A DNA stretch of 64,000 nt. Source: Elainellaceae cyanobacterium. Lineage in GTDB: Bacteria > Cyanobacteriota > Cyanobacteriia > CAZCXK01. Below the pieces are notes generated by a model. It was not told where the DNA came from, did no database searches, and worked only from the letters and a program-made list of their open reading frames with translations. Numbering within the stretch: position 1 is the first letter of the stretch; the number at the start of each line of letters is the position of its first letter. Both the position numbers and the translations under genes were made by a program. The stretch is taken from NCBI GenBank assembly GCA_051117335.1, contig JBNPEB010000063.1, forward strand, positions 12,955 through 76,954, in the 5' to 3' direction. This document shows, one piece after another, positions 1-12,158 of this stretch.

Positions 1-1
1 C

Positions 2-274
2 CATCAATGCACCAGTTGTGAAGGAACCTACAGCGTGGCTCAGTGTTGGGCGGTTTGCCCCACCAATGGAGGGTGTATATTTTTGGCGAGTGATATTCCG
101 GCTGGAGACATCAATTCGTCTCGCCCCGGAGATTACTGGGATTCTTGGTTTAATACCTACAACCGCTTGATTATCCAGTTGAAATCATCTCAGTTGAAAT
201 CGTCTCAGCAATCAAACTACTGGCAATCATGGTTTGATTCCTATGCAGCTACCCTATCGCGCCTGCAAACTTAG
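2..274 (+). CDS. fdxN: nif-associated 4Fe-4S ferredoxin FdxN, 5'-truncated by window edge
   Basis: Frame is open from base 2: HQCTSCEGTYSVAQCWAVCPTN (CxxC...CxxxCP) plus a Trp-rich C-terminal extension (DYWDSWF / NYWQSWF); lies immediately upstream of nifS. Confidence 0.8.
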   Translation, partial: HQCTSCEGTYSVAQCWAVCPTNGGCIFLASDIPAGDINSSRPGDYWDSWFNTYNRLIIQLKSSQLKSSQQSNYWQSWFDSYAATLSRLQT

Positions 275-293
275 CACCTGTAGCTGTAGCCTT

Positions 294-544
294 CCGTTAG
301 TTTGAGTCCCCAAACCTTTAGTTTTGGCCTCTGAACCTTTAGTTTCGTTGCCTAAACCGTTAGATTCATCTCCCAAACCGTTAGTTTCAGTTCCTAATTC
401 CAATTCTTCGAAGTAAGGCTACCAATGAACAGGCTAGAACCCTTGCAAGGCTGGTGGCCGTCAATCCAAAATCGCAAATCTAAAATCAAGAATTGGTATA
501 AATCGTTAGTTTCGACCACCAATCCTCAAGTTTCAGACTCCAAT
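294..544. repeat. Degenerate 21-bp tandem repeat array (about 7 units) interrupted by a MITE
   Basis: Units such as ccgttagtttgagtccccaaa and cctttagttttggcctctgaa start at 294, 315, 336, 357 and 378, then resume at 503 and 524. Confidence 0.8.
397..498. mobile_element. ~100-bp MITE-like element with TA target duplication (copy 1)
   Basis: Ends ..ccaattct / agaattgg..; flanked by TA at 395-396 and 499-500; similar copy at 7426-7527. Confidence 0.75.
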
Positions 545-570
545 TTCTAAGCCTCAGCGGAGTATAAGTC

Positions 571-1782
571 ATGACCGTGATTTATTTGGACAACAATGCA
601 ACCACGCGTGTCGCCCCCGAAGTCGTTGATGTGATGCTGCCTTACCTGCGCGACTTTTACGGCAACCCGTCCTCGATGCACAACTTTGGTGGACAGGTCG
701 GTCAGGCAGTGCGAGACGCGCGATCGCACGTTGCCCAGTTGATTGGCGCAGAGGACACCGAAGTTGTGTTCACCAGTTGCGGCAGCGAGGGAAATAATAC
801 TGCTATTCATGCCGCGCTAGCCGCCCAGCCCGATCGACGCCATATCATCACCACCGAAGTCGAGCACCCTGCCATTCTCAATGTGTGCAAGCACTTAGAA
901 AAGAAGGGCTACACCGTCACCTATTTGAGCGTAGATGCCCAAGGACAGCTTGATTTGATGGAGCTAGAGGCCGCAATGACGGGCGGCACAGCGCTGGTCA
1001 CGGTGATGGCTGCTAATAATGAAACCGGCGTGCTGTTTCCGATAGAAGAGGTAGGGGCGATCGCCAAGGAGTATGGTGCAACCGTTCATGTAGACGCGGT
1101 ACAGGCAGTTGGCAAAGTCCCCATCAACTTAAAAACCAGCACTATTGACCTGCTCACGCTCTCCGGGCACAAGCTCCATGCCCCCAAGGGGATTGGTGCT
1201 CTCTATGTGCGACGCGGCTTCAAGTTCCGTCCGTTTCTTCTGGGAGGACACCAAGAACGAGGACGGCGGGCAGGCACTGAGAATGTTCCCGGACTGATTG
1301 CTCTGGGAAAAGCAGCAGAGTTGGCATATCAAGATTTACATCACGATCTCCAAGGCACTAGTCCAGAAAAGCTGCTGCGCGATCGCCTAGAGCAAGGACT
1401 GTTAGAGCGTATTCCTAATAGCGCTGTGAATGGTCATTCGATTCATCGTCTACCCAACACCACGAATATCGGCTTCAAATATATCGAAGGAGAAGCGATT
1501 CTCTTCTTGCTCAACAAGTATGGAATCTGTGCCTCTTCCGGTTCAGCCTGCACCTCTGGCTCTTTGGAACCGTCCCATGTGCTGCGAGCGATGGGATTGC
1601 CCTACACCATTTTGCATGGATCAATTCGGTTTAGCCTGTCGCGATATACCACAGCAGCAGAGGTTGATACGGTGCTAGAGGTCATGCCCGATATCGTAGA
1701 ACGGCTGCGGGCTATGTCACCCTTCAGCAATGACGAAGCAGGTTGGCTGCAAGACCGCAGTGAAGCAGTAGCAGTACGATGA
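571..1782 (+). CDS. nifS: Cysteine desulfurase NifS
   Basis: YLDNNATT, SGHKLHAPKG (PLP Lys), SSGSACTS (catalytic Cys); nif context. Confidence 0.97.
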   Translation: MTVIYLDNNATTRVAPEVVDVMLPYLRDFYGNPSSMHNFGGQVGQAVRDARSHVAQLIGAEDTEVVFTSCGSEGNNTAIHAALAAQPDRRHIITTEVEHPAILNVCKHLEKKGYTVTYLSVDAQGQLDLMELEAAMTGGTALVTVMAANNETGVLFPIEEVGAIAKEYGATVHVDAVQAVGKVPINLKTSTIDLLTLSGHKLHAPKGIGALYVRRGFKFRPFLLGGHQERGRRAGTENVPGLIALGKAAELAYQDLHHDLQGTSPEKLLRDRLEQGLLERIPNSAVNGHSIHRLPNTTNIGFKYIEGEAILFLLNKYGICASSGSACTSGSLEPSHVLRAMGLPYTILHGSIRFSLSRYTTAAEVDTVLEVMPDIVERLRAMSPFSNDEAGWLQDRSEAVAVR

Positions 1783-1842
1783 TTTTCTCCCGATTCTCCA
1801 CCCTCTTAATCAATCTCTACTTCATTAATTAGGACAACAACC

Positions 1843-2736
1843 ATGTGGGACTACTCAGAGCAGGTACTTGAACATTTCTACAATCCGCGCAATCAAGGGG
1901 CGATTGCCACTGCTGAAGAACCCGGTATTGCAGTGGTCTATGGTGAAGTGGGCAGTATTGCCTGCGGAGATGCCCTACGGTTGCACCTAAAAGTCAAGGA
2001 AGCAACAGAAACCATTCTTGATGCGCGATTTCAAACCTTTGGCTGCACTAGTGCGATCGCCTCGTCGTCAGCCCTCACTGAGATCATCAAAGGTAAGACC
2101 CTAGATGAAGCCCTCAATATCACCAATCGAGACATCGCAGATTTCTTGGGCGGCTTACCGGAAGCCAAAATGCATTGCTCGGTGATGGGTCAAGAAGCTC
2201 TCGAAGCAGCGATCTACAAGTATCGTGGCATCGAAGTCGACCACCATGACGACGATGACGAAGGCACGCTCATCTGCTCATGCTTTGGCATCACCGAGAA
2301 TAAGATTCGCCGGGTTGTGATTGAGAATGACCTCACTGACGTTGAGCACGTCACCAACTATGTCAAAGCCGGGGGTGGCTGTGGCTCCTGTCTCGCAGGT
2401 ATTGAAGATATCCTCATTGAGGTTCAGCAGGAAAAAGCATCGTTAACAAGCCGAGTTGTGGCTGAACTGACTCCTACGCTTCCCTCTCCCCAGCCGTTAA
2501 CGCCAATTCAAAAAATCACGCTCATCCAACAGGTCATCGAAGAAGACGTACGCCCGGTATTAGTAGCCGACGGTGGCGATGTTGAACTCTACAACGTTAC
2601 CGGAGACACGGTGCAAGTCGTGCTGAAAGGAGCCTGTGGCGGCTGCGCCAGCAGCACCAATACCCTCAAGTATGCGATTGAAGCCAGTCTCAAAGAGCGT
2701 GTACTTCCCAGTTTGGTCGTTGAAGCCATTTCATAG
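1843..2736 (+). CDS. nifU: Fe-S cluster scaffold NifU
   Basis: MWDYSEQVLEHFYNPRN, ACGD, FGC, MHC; central CSCF...GGGCGSC; C-terminal GACGGC. Confidence 0.97.
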   Translation: MWDYSEQVLEHFYNPRNQGAIATAEEPGIAVVYGEVGSIACGDALRLHLKVKEATETILDARFQTFGCTSAIASSSALTEIIKGKTLDEALNITNRDIADFLGGLPEAKMHCSVMGQEALEAAIYKYRGIEVDHHDDDDEGTLICSCFGITENKIRRVVIENDLTDVEHVTNYVKAGGGCGSCLAGIEDILIEVQQEKASLTSRVVAELTPTLPSPQPLTPIQKITLIQQVIEEDVRPVLVADGGDVELYNVTGDTVQVVLKGACGGCASSTNTLKYAIEASLKERVLPSLVVEAIS

Positions 2737-2906
2737 AGGCTGCGATCGCGCCAAGACAGACCCAGTGGCGATCGCCCTTATCTACTTCCCTCACCTTTTG
2801 TACTGTTTCTTTGGATTGCAATGTTGACTCCCTATCCAAACTTTGAAGCCTGTGTTGCCCCGCGACACGCCTCGCGAGCACCTCCATCCATTCACTCACT
2901 AGTTAA

Positions 2907-3917
<1,011 letters not shown>

Positions 3918-4143
3918 CTGCTGTCTGGCTACTAACTCTCTGAACGTCCAGGGATACTGAATTGAATGAGGCATAACAGAGCCAGGGAATGCAGTCGAGC
4001 CAACTCACTCGCGAGCACGCATAAAAGTAATATAACGGGCGATCGCACTGCTCCCACTCTGTTCCCCCACTCTTCCACTCTTCCACTCTCCCCTTTCCTA
4101 ATTCCTCCCTACGCAAACTTCCGATATAACTTGAGAGGGCACT

Positions 4144-5589
4144 ATGGCAAACGTAGAAGACAAAAAAGCACTGGTACAGGAGGTGCTAGACGCCTATCCT
4201 GAGAAAGCCCAAAAGACTCGCTCCAAGCACCTCAACGTTCACGAAGAAGGCAATTCTGATTGCGGCGTCAAGTCTAACAAAAAGTCTGTTCCTGGCGTCA
4301 TGACCACTCGTGGCTGTGCCTACGCAGGTGCGAAGGGTGTGGTCTGGGGACCCGTCAAAGATATGATTCACCTCAGCCACGGCCCCGTTGGATGTGGCTA
4401 CTACTCCTGGTCAGGACGCCGCAACTACTACATCGGTACCACAGGAGTAGACACCTTCGGCACCATGCAGTTCACCTCCGATTTCCAAGAGCGGGATATC
4501 GTCTTCGGCGGCGACAAAAAACTCGACAAGCTGATCGACGAAATCGAAGTTCTCTTTCCTCTCAGCAAGGGTACTACAATCGAATCAGAATGCCCCGTGG
4601 GTCTGATTGGGGATGATATCGAAGCCGTCGCCCGCAAAAAGGCCAAGCAGTATGGCAAGCCCGTGGTGCCAGTCCGCTGTGAAGGGTTTCGGGGGGTCTC
4701 CCAGTCCTTAGGACACCACATTGCCAACGACACTGTGCGGGATTGGGTACTACCCAAAGCCGATGAGTATCGCCAGCTTCCCAACGGATTTGAACCAAGC
4801 CCCTACGATGTCAACATCATCGGAGACTACAACATCGGTGGAGATGCTTGGCCCAGCCGTAAACTCCTTGAAGACATCGGGCTGCGGGTTATTTGCCAGT
4901 TCTCCGGTGATGGCACCTTCAATGAAGTTGTGATGACGCCCCTTGCCAAGCTCAACCTGATCCACTGCTATCGGTCAATGAACTACATCTGCCGCTTCAT
5001 GGAAGAGAAGTATGGCATTGGCTGGCTGGAATATAACTTCTTTGGCCCCGCCCAAATCGCCAAGTCTCTGCGGAAGATTGCGGCTCAGTTTGACGAAACG
5101 ATTCAAGAAAAAGCAGAAGAAGTGATTGCCGCAAATCAGGTTCGCATGGATGCCATCATCGCCAAGTATCGCCCCCGGTTGGAAGGCAAGCGTGTGATGA
5201 TGATGGTCGGTGGGTTGCGCCCCCGCCACGTCATTCCTGCCTTCGAAGACCTGGGCATGAACGTCATCGGCACCGGCTATGAGTTTGGTCACGGCGACGA
5301 CTACAAGCGTACTGCCGACTATGTGAGCGACGGCACCGTCATCTATGACGACGTAAGCGGCTTTGAATTTGAGGAGTTCGCAAAGCAGTTGAAGCCTGAT
5401 CTGATTGCCGCAGGCATTAAAGAGAAGTATGTCTTCCAAAAGATGGCGCTTCCCTTCCGCCAAATGCACTCCTGGGATTATTCCGGACCGTACCATGGCT
5501 ATGAAGGATTTGAAGTCTTCGCCCGTGATATGGATCTAGCAATCAACAATCCTACTTGGAGCCTGATCAATGCTCCGTGGAATACGTAG
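4144..5589 (+). CDS. nifD: Nitrogenase MoFe protein alpha chain, uninterrupted
   Basis: [39 protein letters not shown]. Confidence 0.99.
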   Translation: MANVEDKKALVQEVLDAYPEKAQKTRSKHLNVHEEGNSDCGVKSNKKSVPGVMTTRGCAYAGAKGVVWGPVKDMIHLSHGPVGCGYYSWSGRRNYYIGTTGVDTFGTMQFTSDFQERDIVFGGDKKLDKLIDEIEVLFPLSKGTTIESECPVGLIGDDIEAVARKKAKQYGKPVVPVRCEGFRGVSQSLGHHIANDTVRDWVLPKADEYRQLPNGFEPSPYDVNIIGDYNIGGDAWPSRKLLEDIGLRVICQFSGDGTFNEVVMTPLAKLNLIHCYRSMNYICRFMEEKYGIGWLEYNFFGPAQIAKSLRKIAAQFDETIQEKAEEVIAANQVRMDAIIAKYRPRLEGKRVMMMVGGLRPRHVIPAFEDLGMNVIGTGYEFGHGDDYKRTADYVSDGTVIYDDVSGFEFEEFAKQLKPDLIAAGIKEKYVFQKMALPFRQMHSWDYSGPYHGYEGFEVFARDMDLAINNPTWSLINAPWNT

Positions 5590-5601
5590 ACGACTCGAAG
5601 C

Positions 5602-5723
5602 ATGATGGAGCGTGGGAGTGATGGAGTGATGGAGTAAGGAAACATCTGAATCACCCCTCACCCCCATCCCCACCCCATCACCCCATCACCCATTTACCCA
5701 TCCACCCATCCACCCCCCATCCA
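5602..5723. repeat. Short (~8-bp) tandem repeats in inverted arrangement (GATGGAGT.. then ..CACCCATC) in the nifD-nifK spacer
   Basis: gtgatggagtgatggagt followed by ccccatcaccccatcacccat...ccacccatccacc; can fold back. Confidence 0.65.
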
Positions 5724-5748
5724 GCATTTCTTTCAAAAGGAGCGCACC

Positions 5749-7353
5749 ATGACTCAGACCCCAGACAATAATCTAACTCCTGAGCAAACACCCCAACCGA
5801 CGACTGTTCCACCTACGGTTCCGACTGACCCTGGCAAAATTCAGGATCACTTCGACCTGTTCCACACCGATACCTACCAAGACTTGTTTGAGTACAAGCG
5901 GCAGTTTGAAGGGGCGCATGACCCAGATGAAGTGGCTCGCATTGCAGAGTGGACAAAATCCTGGGATTATCGCGAAAAGAACTTTGAGCGAGGAGCGCTG
6001 ACGGTTAATCCTGCCAAAGCCTGTCAGCCGCTGGGTGCCCTGTTTGTTGCTGCTGGGTTTGAAGGAACACTGCCTTACAGCCACGGGTCGCAAGGATGCG
6101 TTGCTTACTTCCGTACCCACCTAACCCGCAACTACAAAGAGCCATTCCAAGCCGTGTCCTCCTCGATGACGGAAGATGCAGCTGTATTTGGTGGGCTCAA
6201 CAACCTCAAGCAAGGCTTGGAAAACTCCTACACGCTCTATAAGCCCAAAATGATTGCTCTCTGCACCACCTGTATGGCAGAAGTCATTGGGGATGATTTG
6301 GGAGCGTTCATCACCACGTCTAAGAACGAGGGGCATATCCCTGAAGACTTGCCCGTACCGTTTGCCCATACTCCCAGCTTTGTCGGCTCCCACATTACAG
6401 GATACGACAACATGCTGAAAGGGATTCTCAGCACTCTAACGAAGGGCAAAAAGGCAGACACCACGAATGGTAAATTCAACTTCAACTTGGGCTTTGACCC
6501 CTACGTGGGCAACATCCGAGAACTGAAGCGGATTCTGGAGCTATTTGGCATCGATTACACGGTGTTGTCAGACAACTCAGATGCATTTGATTCTCCAAAC
6601 ACGGGCGAATTCAAGATGTATAACGGGCTGACGACACTAGAAGATACGGCTGACTCGATTAATGCCGAAGGCAGCTTCTTCTTCCAGAAGTACACCACAC
6701 CCAAAACTCAAGAATACATCACCAGTGAGTGGGGGCAAAAGACCTACAACTTCCGTCCGTTTGGCATCAAGGGCACTGATGAATTCTTGATGGCGTTGTC
6801 TGCAATCACGGGTAAGCCAATTCCCCAGGTGCTACAAGATGAGCGGGGTCGTGCAGTTGATGCCATGACGGACTCTCAAGCCTGGATTCACGGCAAGCGC
6901 ATTGCCCTCTATGGCGATCCAGATCATGTCACGACTCTGGTCAACTTCTTGCTAGAAGTAGGCGCTGAGCCAGTTCACATTGTTGTTACCAACAGTAATG
7001 AAGGCTTCGAGTCAGAACTGCGAGATATCCTGGCTGCCAGTCCTTATGGACAGGGTGCCACGATCTGGGGCAAGAAGGATCTATGGCACTTGCGATCGCT
7101 CCTCTTTACCGAGCCTGTAGACTTGCTGATCGGTAACTCCTACGGCAAGTATCTCTGGCGTGATACCCATACTCCATTGGTTCGCATTGGCTACCCGATC
7201 TTCGATCGCCACCACATGCACCGCTACGAGACATTGGGATACCGCGGCGCGACAAACCTGCTCAACTGGGTGGTCAATACTATCTTGGATGAACTGGATC
7301 GTAAGACCATCATTCCGGCAAAGACCGATATTTCGTTTGATTTAATTCGGTAA
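5749..7353 (+). CDS. nifK: Nitrogenase MoFe protein beta chain
   Basis: NPAKACQPLG, HGSQGCVAYFR, TTCMAEVIGDD, C-terminal SFDLIR. Confidence 0.99.
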   Translation: MTQTPDNNLTPEQTPQPTTVPPTVPTDPGKIQDHFDLFHTDTYQDLFEYKRQFEGAHDPDEVARIAEWTKSWDYREKNFERGALTVNPAKACQPLGALFVAAGFEGTLPYSHGSQGCVAYFRTHLTRNYKEPFQAVSSSMTEDAAVFGGLNNLKQGLENSYTLYKPKMIALCTTCMAEVIGDDLGAFITTSKNEGHIPEDLPVPFAHTPSFVGSHITGYDNMLKGILSTLTKGKKADTTNGKFNFNLGFDPYVGNIRELKRILELFGIDYTVLSDNSDAFDSPNTGEFKMYNGLTTLEDTADSINAEGSFFFQKYTTPKTQEYITSEWGQKTYNFRPFGIKGTDEFLMALSAITGKPIPQVLQDERGRAVDAMTDSQAWIHGKRIALYGDPDHVTTLVNFLLEVGAEPVHIVVTNSNEGFESELRDILAASPYGQGATIWGKKDLWHLRSLLFTEPVDLLIGNSYGKYLWRDTHTPLVRIGYPIFDRHHMHRYETLGYRGATNLLNWVVNTILDELDRKTIIPAKTDISFDLIR

Positions 7354-7425
7354 TGCCTGTGGGGGCGATCGCCATTCGGAAGCGTCTCCGGCGGAGAAAT
7401 CGCCCCCCCACCATTCGTCTCTATA

Positions 7426-7527
7426 ACACCAATTCTTCAAAGTAAGGCTACAAATGAATAGGCCAGACCCCTTGCAAAGGTTCTGGCCGTCAATCCAAAA
7501 TCGCAAATCCAAAATCGAGAATTGGTA
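7426..7527. mobile_element. ~100-bp MITE-like element with TA target duplication (copy 2)
   Basis: Closely similar to 397-498; TA at 7424-7425 and 7528-7529. Confidence 0.75.
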
Positions 7528-7556
7528 TAACCCCATACCCTGACGGAGAATCCATC

Positions 7557-7850
7557 ATGCGTCTCAGCGAAGAAGTCGAACTAGATGCCCCCCCTATTTA
7601 TGAAATTGGAAGCCGAGTCCGCACCTGCAAAGTCATTCGCAACGATGGCACCTTTCCAGGAAAAGACGTGGGCTTTCATCTCGCTAAAAAAGGTGACATT
7701 GGCTATATCGTCGGCATCGGCACCTATCTGCAACGCGCGTACGTCTACTCGGTGCATTTTCTAGATTCTAACTTTGTCGTCGGTTGCCTGAGCCGAGAAT
7801 TGGAATTAGCAGAAGATCGCCCGATTCAAAGCTTGAACGGTGATGATTAG
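7557..7850 (+). CDS. nifZ: Nitrogen fixation protein NifZ
   Basis: IRNDGTFPG...GDIGYIVGIGTYLQ...YSVHF...VVGC signature. Confidence 0.93.
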   Translation: MRLSEEVELDAPPIYEIGSRVRTCKVIRNDGTFPGKDVGFHLAKKGDIGYIVGIGTYLQRAYVYSVHFLDSNFVVGCLSRELELAEDRPIQSLNGDD

Positions 7851-7968
7851 TTCCAACAGATATGTGAATGAGTAAACGTAGGATGGGCAAAGCACCGCGT
7901 GCCCATCGCATCAGAAGACCGGCTCGATACCTCCCCTCTATTTTCCGCACTCCTACCCTCAGACGGCT

Positions 7969-10830
7969 ATGAAACTCACCCAAGGCAAAATTCGTGAACT
8001 TCTGACCGAACCTGGTTGTGAGCACAACCATAAAAAAGGTGGCAAAGGCAAAAACAAAGCCTGCACTCAGACTGCCCAACCGGGTGCGGCTCAAGGCGGA
8101 TGTGCCTTTGACGGAGCTAGTATTGCTCTTGTGCCAATCACCGATGCCGCGCACTTGGTGCATGGACCGATCGCCTGTGCAGGAAATTCATGGGGCAGTC
8201 GGGGCAGTCTTTCATCCGGTCCTATGCTCTACAAAATGGGCTTCACCACCGACTTAACCGAGAATGACATTATCTTTGGGGGTGAAAAGCGGCTCTACAA
8301 AGCCATTCAAGAAGTGCAGCAAAAGTATCATCCTGCCGCTATCTTTGTCTATTCCACCTGCGTTACTGCGCTGATCGGAGATGACCTCGACGCAGTATGC
8401 GACTCCGCATCGCAAAAAGTCGGAATCCCCGTCATTCCTGTCCAGTCTCCCGGCTTTGTGGGCAGCAAAAACCTGGGCAATCGCCTCGCTGGAGAGGCAC
8501 TGCTGGAGCATGTCGTCGGCACTGCCGAACCCGACTATATAACCCCTTACGACATCAATTTGATTGGTGAGTACAACATCGCAGGAGAGATGTGGGGCGT
8601 GTTGCCACTCTTTGAAAAGGTTGGCATCCGCGTGTTGTCTAAGATTACGGGGGATGCCCGCTATCAAGAAGTCGCTTATGCTCATCGTGCCAAGCTCAAC
8701 GTGATGATCTGCTCAAAGGCGCTGATTAACATGGCGCGAAAGATGGAGGAGACATACGGCATTCCCTACATCGAGGAATCTTTCTACGGCATTGACGATA
8801 TGAACCAGTGCCTGCGCCATATCGCTGAAAAATTTGGCGATCCGGTGTTGAAAGAGCGAGTCGAGGCGGTGATTCGAGAGGAAACAGCCCAGTTGAATCA
8901 GGCTCTTGCCCCATTTCGAGAGCGGCTGAGCGGCAAGCGGGTTGTTTTGTATACAGGTGGCGTGAAAAGCTGGTCAATCATCTCAGCCGCCAAAGACTTG
9001 GGCATCAACGTCGTCGCCACCAGCACCAAAAAAAGTACAGAAGAAGACAAAGCCCGCATCAAAGAGCTACTGGGCAAGGATGGAATCACGATTGAGAAGG
9101 GCAATGCTCAGCAGTTGCTTAAAATTATCGCTGAAACCAAGGCGGATATGCTGATTGCAGGCGGACGAAACCAGTATACGGCGCTTAAAGCTCGGATTCC
9201 GTTCCTTGATATTAACCAAGAGCGACACCATCCCTATGCCGGATATGTAGGCATGGTAGAAATGGCGCGAGAACTGAACGAAGCCTTGCATAGTCCCATC
9301 TGGGCACAAGTGCGAAAAGTTGCTCCATGGGAGACGGAGGGTGGAAGTGAGAATGGGTCGATGGGTCGATGGGTCGATGAGAAGAAGGGTAGATGTGGGA
9401 ATGAGTCGATGGGTCAATCGGCGGATGAGGAGACAGAAAATGCGTCTTCCCACTCCCCTACTTCCCCACTCCTCTACTCCCTCACTTCCCTACGACCTCA
9501 AACTAAAGTCGTCACCCGTCGCAAGTCTGCTGCTGTCAACCCTCTCAAACAAAGCCAGCCCTTGGGCGCATCCCTAGCCTTCTTAGGACTTAAGGGTGTC
9601 ATGCCGCTGTTTCATGGCTCTCAAGGCTGCACGGCATTTGCCAAAGTCATGCTGGTGCGCCACTTTCGGGAAGCCATTCCCATGTCCACTACCGCTATGT
9701 CTGAAGTGTCTACCATTTTGGGCGGTGAGGAAAATGTGGAGCAAGCCATTCTGACTCTCGTTGAAAAATCAAAGCCGGAGATAATCGGACTATTTACCAC
9801 AGGGCTGACCGAGACTCGCGGCGATGACATGGACGGTATTCTCAAAACGGTGCGGATACGCCATCCTGAATTGCATGATGTGCCCATTGTATTTGCATCA
9901 ACGCCTGACTTTAAGGGTGCCTTGCAAGACGGCTATCAAGCAGCAGTCGAAAGCATGGTGCGATCGCTCCCCCAGCCCGGTGAAACCCGCTTTGACCAAG
10001 TTACTGTTCTCGTGAGTTCGGCCTTTGCCCCCGGCGATGTGCAGTGTATCAAAGACATCACCGCTGCCTTTGGCCTGCGCGCGATCGTGGTGCCGGATCT
10101 GTCAACCTCACTGGATGGGCACCTCGACGACTCATCCAGTACGACAACGAGCGGCGGCACGCCCCTAGCACAGTTGCGAGAGATTGGCAGTTCGGTCTAC
10201 ACTCTCGCCCTGGGAGACAGCATGGAAGGAGCCGCTGAGATTATCCAGCAGCGGTTTGGCATTCCCTATGAAGTATTTCCATCCTTGATAGGGCTAGATG
10301 CAGCCGATGAGTTTGTGAATGCGCTGGCCGATATTAGCGGGGCAGAGGTGCCAGAGCGCGATCGCCATCAGCGATCGCAACTCCAAGATGCCATTCTAGA
10401 TACCCACTTCTTCTTTGGCGGCAAGAAAGTCTCTCTTGCATTAGAACCCGATCTCCTACATGCAGTCGCGTGGGCGCTCCATCAGATGGGAGCAACGATT
10501 CACGCCGCTGTCACCACAACCAAGTCTAAGTCACTCAAGCAGTTGCCAGTCGAAAAGGTCACGATTGGAGATTTAGAAGACTTCGAAGAACTAGCGGTTG
10601 GCTCTGACCTGCTGATTGCCAACTCTAATGCAGCGGCGATCGCCCGTCGGCTCCATATCCCCCTGTATCGGCTAGGCTTCCCGGTGTTTGATCGCTTGGG
10701 CAACGGTCAGCGTTGCACGGTAGGCTATCACGGCACAACTCAGCTTTTGTTTGATATCGGCAATCTCCTGCTAGAAGCCGAGGAGGAATCATCCCACGCT
10801 CAGGTTAAAACCTGGACAACCGGGAATTAG
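7969..10830 (+). CDS. nifEN: Fused FeMo-cofactor scaffold NifEN
   Basis: NifE half ([24 protein letters not shown]) and NifN half ([29 protein letters not shown]) in one 953-aa ORF. Confidence 0.95.
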   Translation: MKLTQGKIRELLTEPGCEHNHKKGGKGKNKACTQTAQPGAAQGGCAFDGASIALVPITDAAHLVHGPIACAGNSWGSRGSLSSGPMLYKMGFTTDLTENDIIFGGEKRLYKAIQEVQQKYHPAAIFVYSTCVTALIGDDLDAVCDSASQKVGIPVIPVQSPGFVGSKNLGNRLAGEALLEHVVGTAEPDYITPYDINLIGEYNIAGEMWGVLPLFEKVGIRVLSKITGDARYQEVAYAHRAKLNVMICSKALINMARKMEETYGIPYIEESFYGIDDMNQCLRHIAEKFGDPVLKERVEAVIREETAQLNQALAPFRERLSGKRVVLYTGGVKSWSIISAAKDLGINVVATSTKKSTEEDKARIKELLGKDGITIEKGNAQQLLKIIAETKADMLIAGGRNQYTALKARIPFLDINQERHHPYAGYVGMVEMARELNEALHSPIWAQVRKVAPWETEGGSENGSMGRWVDEKKGRCGNESMGQSADEETENASSHSPTSPLLYSLTSLRPQTKVVTRRKSAAVNPLKQSQPLGASLAFLGLKGVMPLFHGSQGCTAFAKVMLVRHFREAIPMSTTAMSEVSTILGGEENVEQAILTLVEKSKPEIIGLFTTGLTETRGDDMDGILKTVRIRHPELHDVPIVFASTPDFKGALQDGYQAAVESMVRSLPQPGETRFDQVTVLVSSAFAPGDVQCIKDITAAFGLRAIVVPDLSTSLDGHLDDSSSTTTSGGTPLAQLREIGSSVYTLALGDSMEGAAEIIQQRFGIPYEVFPSLIGLDAADEFVNALADISGAEVPERDRHQRSQLQDAILDTHFFFGGKKVSLALEPDLLHAVAWALHQMGATIHAAVTTTKSKSLKQLPVEKVTIGDLEDFEELAVGSDLLIANSNAAAIARRLHIPLYRLGFPVFDRLGNGQRCTVGYHGTTQLLFDIGNLLLEAEEESSHAQVKTWTTGN

Positions 10831-10903
10831 CTCATTGCAGGGGCAAACGGCCATTTGCCCCTGCAAAACTTTCCTTACCCTTAATGTATTGAGGAGATCC
10901 ATT

Positions 10904-11320
10904 ATGAAAGTTGCATTCACCACAGGCGACTCGATTCATATCAACGCCCACTTCGGATGGGCAAAGAAGATTGATGTCTACGACGTGAATACCGAAGGCT
11001 ATCAATTTTCCCAAGCCCTTGAATTTGCTGGAGATCTCAAAGAAGACGGCAACGAAGATAAACTCGAACCCAAAATTCAAGCGCTAGATGGCTGCACGAT
11101 TGTGTATGTGTCTGCCATTGGGGGGAGTGCTGCTGCCCGCATTATTCGCAAAGGCATTACTCCCATCAAAGCCAATTCGGAAGACGACAAAATCGAAGAC
11201 GTGCTGAATCAGTTTGTGAAGACGTTGCGAGGCAATCCGCCTCCTTGGTTGCGCAAAGCGTTGTTAAAAGATAAGCCCACCTTTGAAACCCTTGAAGAAG
11301 AAGAGGAAGTTGTTGTATGA
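10904..11320 (+). CDS. nifX: NifX
   Basis: MKVAFTT...INAHFGWA...DGNEDKLEPKI...PPPWLRK; ATG 10904 follows GAGGAG (ORF track start 10835 is probably too early). Confidence 0.93.
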   Translation: MKVAFTTGDSIHINAHFGWAKKIDVYDVNTEGYQFSQALEFAGDLKEDGNEDKLEPKIQALDGCTIVYVSAIGGSAAARIIRKGITPIKANSEDDKIEDVLNQFVKTLRGNPPPWLRKALLKDKPTFETLEEEEEVVV

Positions 11321-11811
11321 CTGCTACCCATACTGCTCCAACTGCTACTGCTCAAACTACCGAAACACCTGTCAATGTTGAAGACGCACCATTCTTGCAA
11401 GCTATCGTTCAACAAATCCGCGCGAACGATCCCTATGGTACCTATCGCAACTGGAGCGATGAACTGCTGCTCAAACCTTATATCCTTTCTAAGGCTGAGA
11501 AGCGGGAGATTTCTGTTGAAGGTGATGTAGATCCCATCACGAAAGGTCGCATCTTTGCCTTCTATCGGGCGATCGCCGCTCGTATCGAGGAAGAAACCGG
11601 AAAGCTTGCCACAGTTGTGATCGATTTAAGCCATGAAGGATTTGGTTGGACGCTGATCTTTTCAGGCCGCTTGATCTTGGTATCAAGAACGCTGCGAGAT
11701 GCTCAGCGGTTTGGCTATGCGTCTCTCGAAAAGCTGAATCAAGAAGGGGAAAAACTGATTCAAAAAGGAATTGAGATGGCGACCCGTTTTGGTGAGGTTT
11801 GTGATTTGTAG
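11317..11811 (+). CDS. NifX-associated protein (DUF269)
   Basis: QIRANDPYG, LLKPYIL, LSHEGFG, RDAQRFG; overlaps the nifX stop codon. Confidence 0.88.
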   Translation: MTATHTAPTATAQTTETPVNVEDAPFLQAIVQQIRANDPYGTYRNWSDELLLKPYILSKAEKREISVEGDVDPITKGRIFAFYRAIAARIEEETGKLATVVIDLSHEGFGWTLIFSGRLILVSRTLRDAQRFGYASLEKLNQEGEKLIQKGIEMATRFGEVCDL

Positions 11812-11922
11812 GGCTGGGTTCGCATTGGTAATACCTGTTTGTGGGCGAACCGCCGTTTGTGGGCGAACCGCCGTTCGCCCCTACTGTTGAATTATTTTTC
11901 TGATGTCTGTCATAAATCACCA

Positions 11923-12144
11923 ATGAATCAAACAACAACCATACCTCCAACGATTGACGAGCTAAAAACCAAAATCCGCAAGCTCAACAGTAAAGCAGGG
12001 CAGATGAAGATGGACTTGCACGACATTGCAGAAGGACTTCCCAACGATTTGGACAAACTTCCCGACGCAGCCGCCAAAACCTATGACCTATTCTGTCAGC
12101 TTCAAGCCCTAAGACAACAGCTTCGAGTTCTAGAGAATTCCTAA
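11923..12144 (+). CDS. Small nif-cluster protein (DUF683 / CCE_0567-like)
   Basis: KLNSKAGQMKMDLHDIAEGLP motif; start adjusted to ATG 11923 because the upstream part is a REP-like repeat. Confidence 0.85.
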   Translation: MNQTTTIPPTIDELKTKIRKLNSKAGQMKMDLHDIAEGLPNDLDKLPDAAAKTYDLFCQLQALRQQLRVLENS

Positions 12145-12158
12145 TAGGAGAATGCCCC

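Noticed and set aside
294-544. Possible CRISPR array
   Set aside because: Units are contiguous degenerate 21-mers with no unique spacers, and there are no cas genes
4144-5589. nifD excision element or alternative (V/Fe) nitrogenase
   Set aside because: nifD is continuous, with no recombinase and no vnfG/anfG; motifs and nifEN/X/W context fit Mo nitrogenase
11836-11884. N-terminal extension MWANRRLWANRR of the DUF683 ORF
   Set aside because: Translation of a tandem 18-bp REP-like repeat; the likely start is 11923
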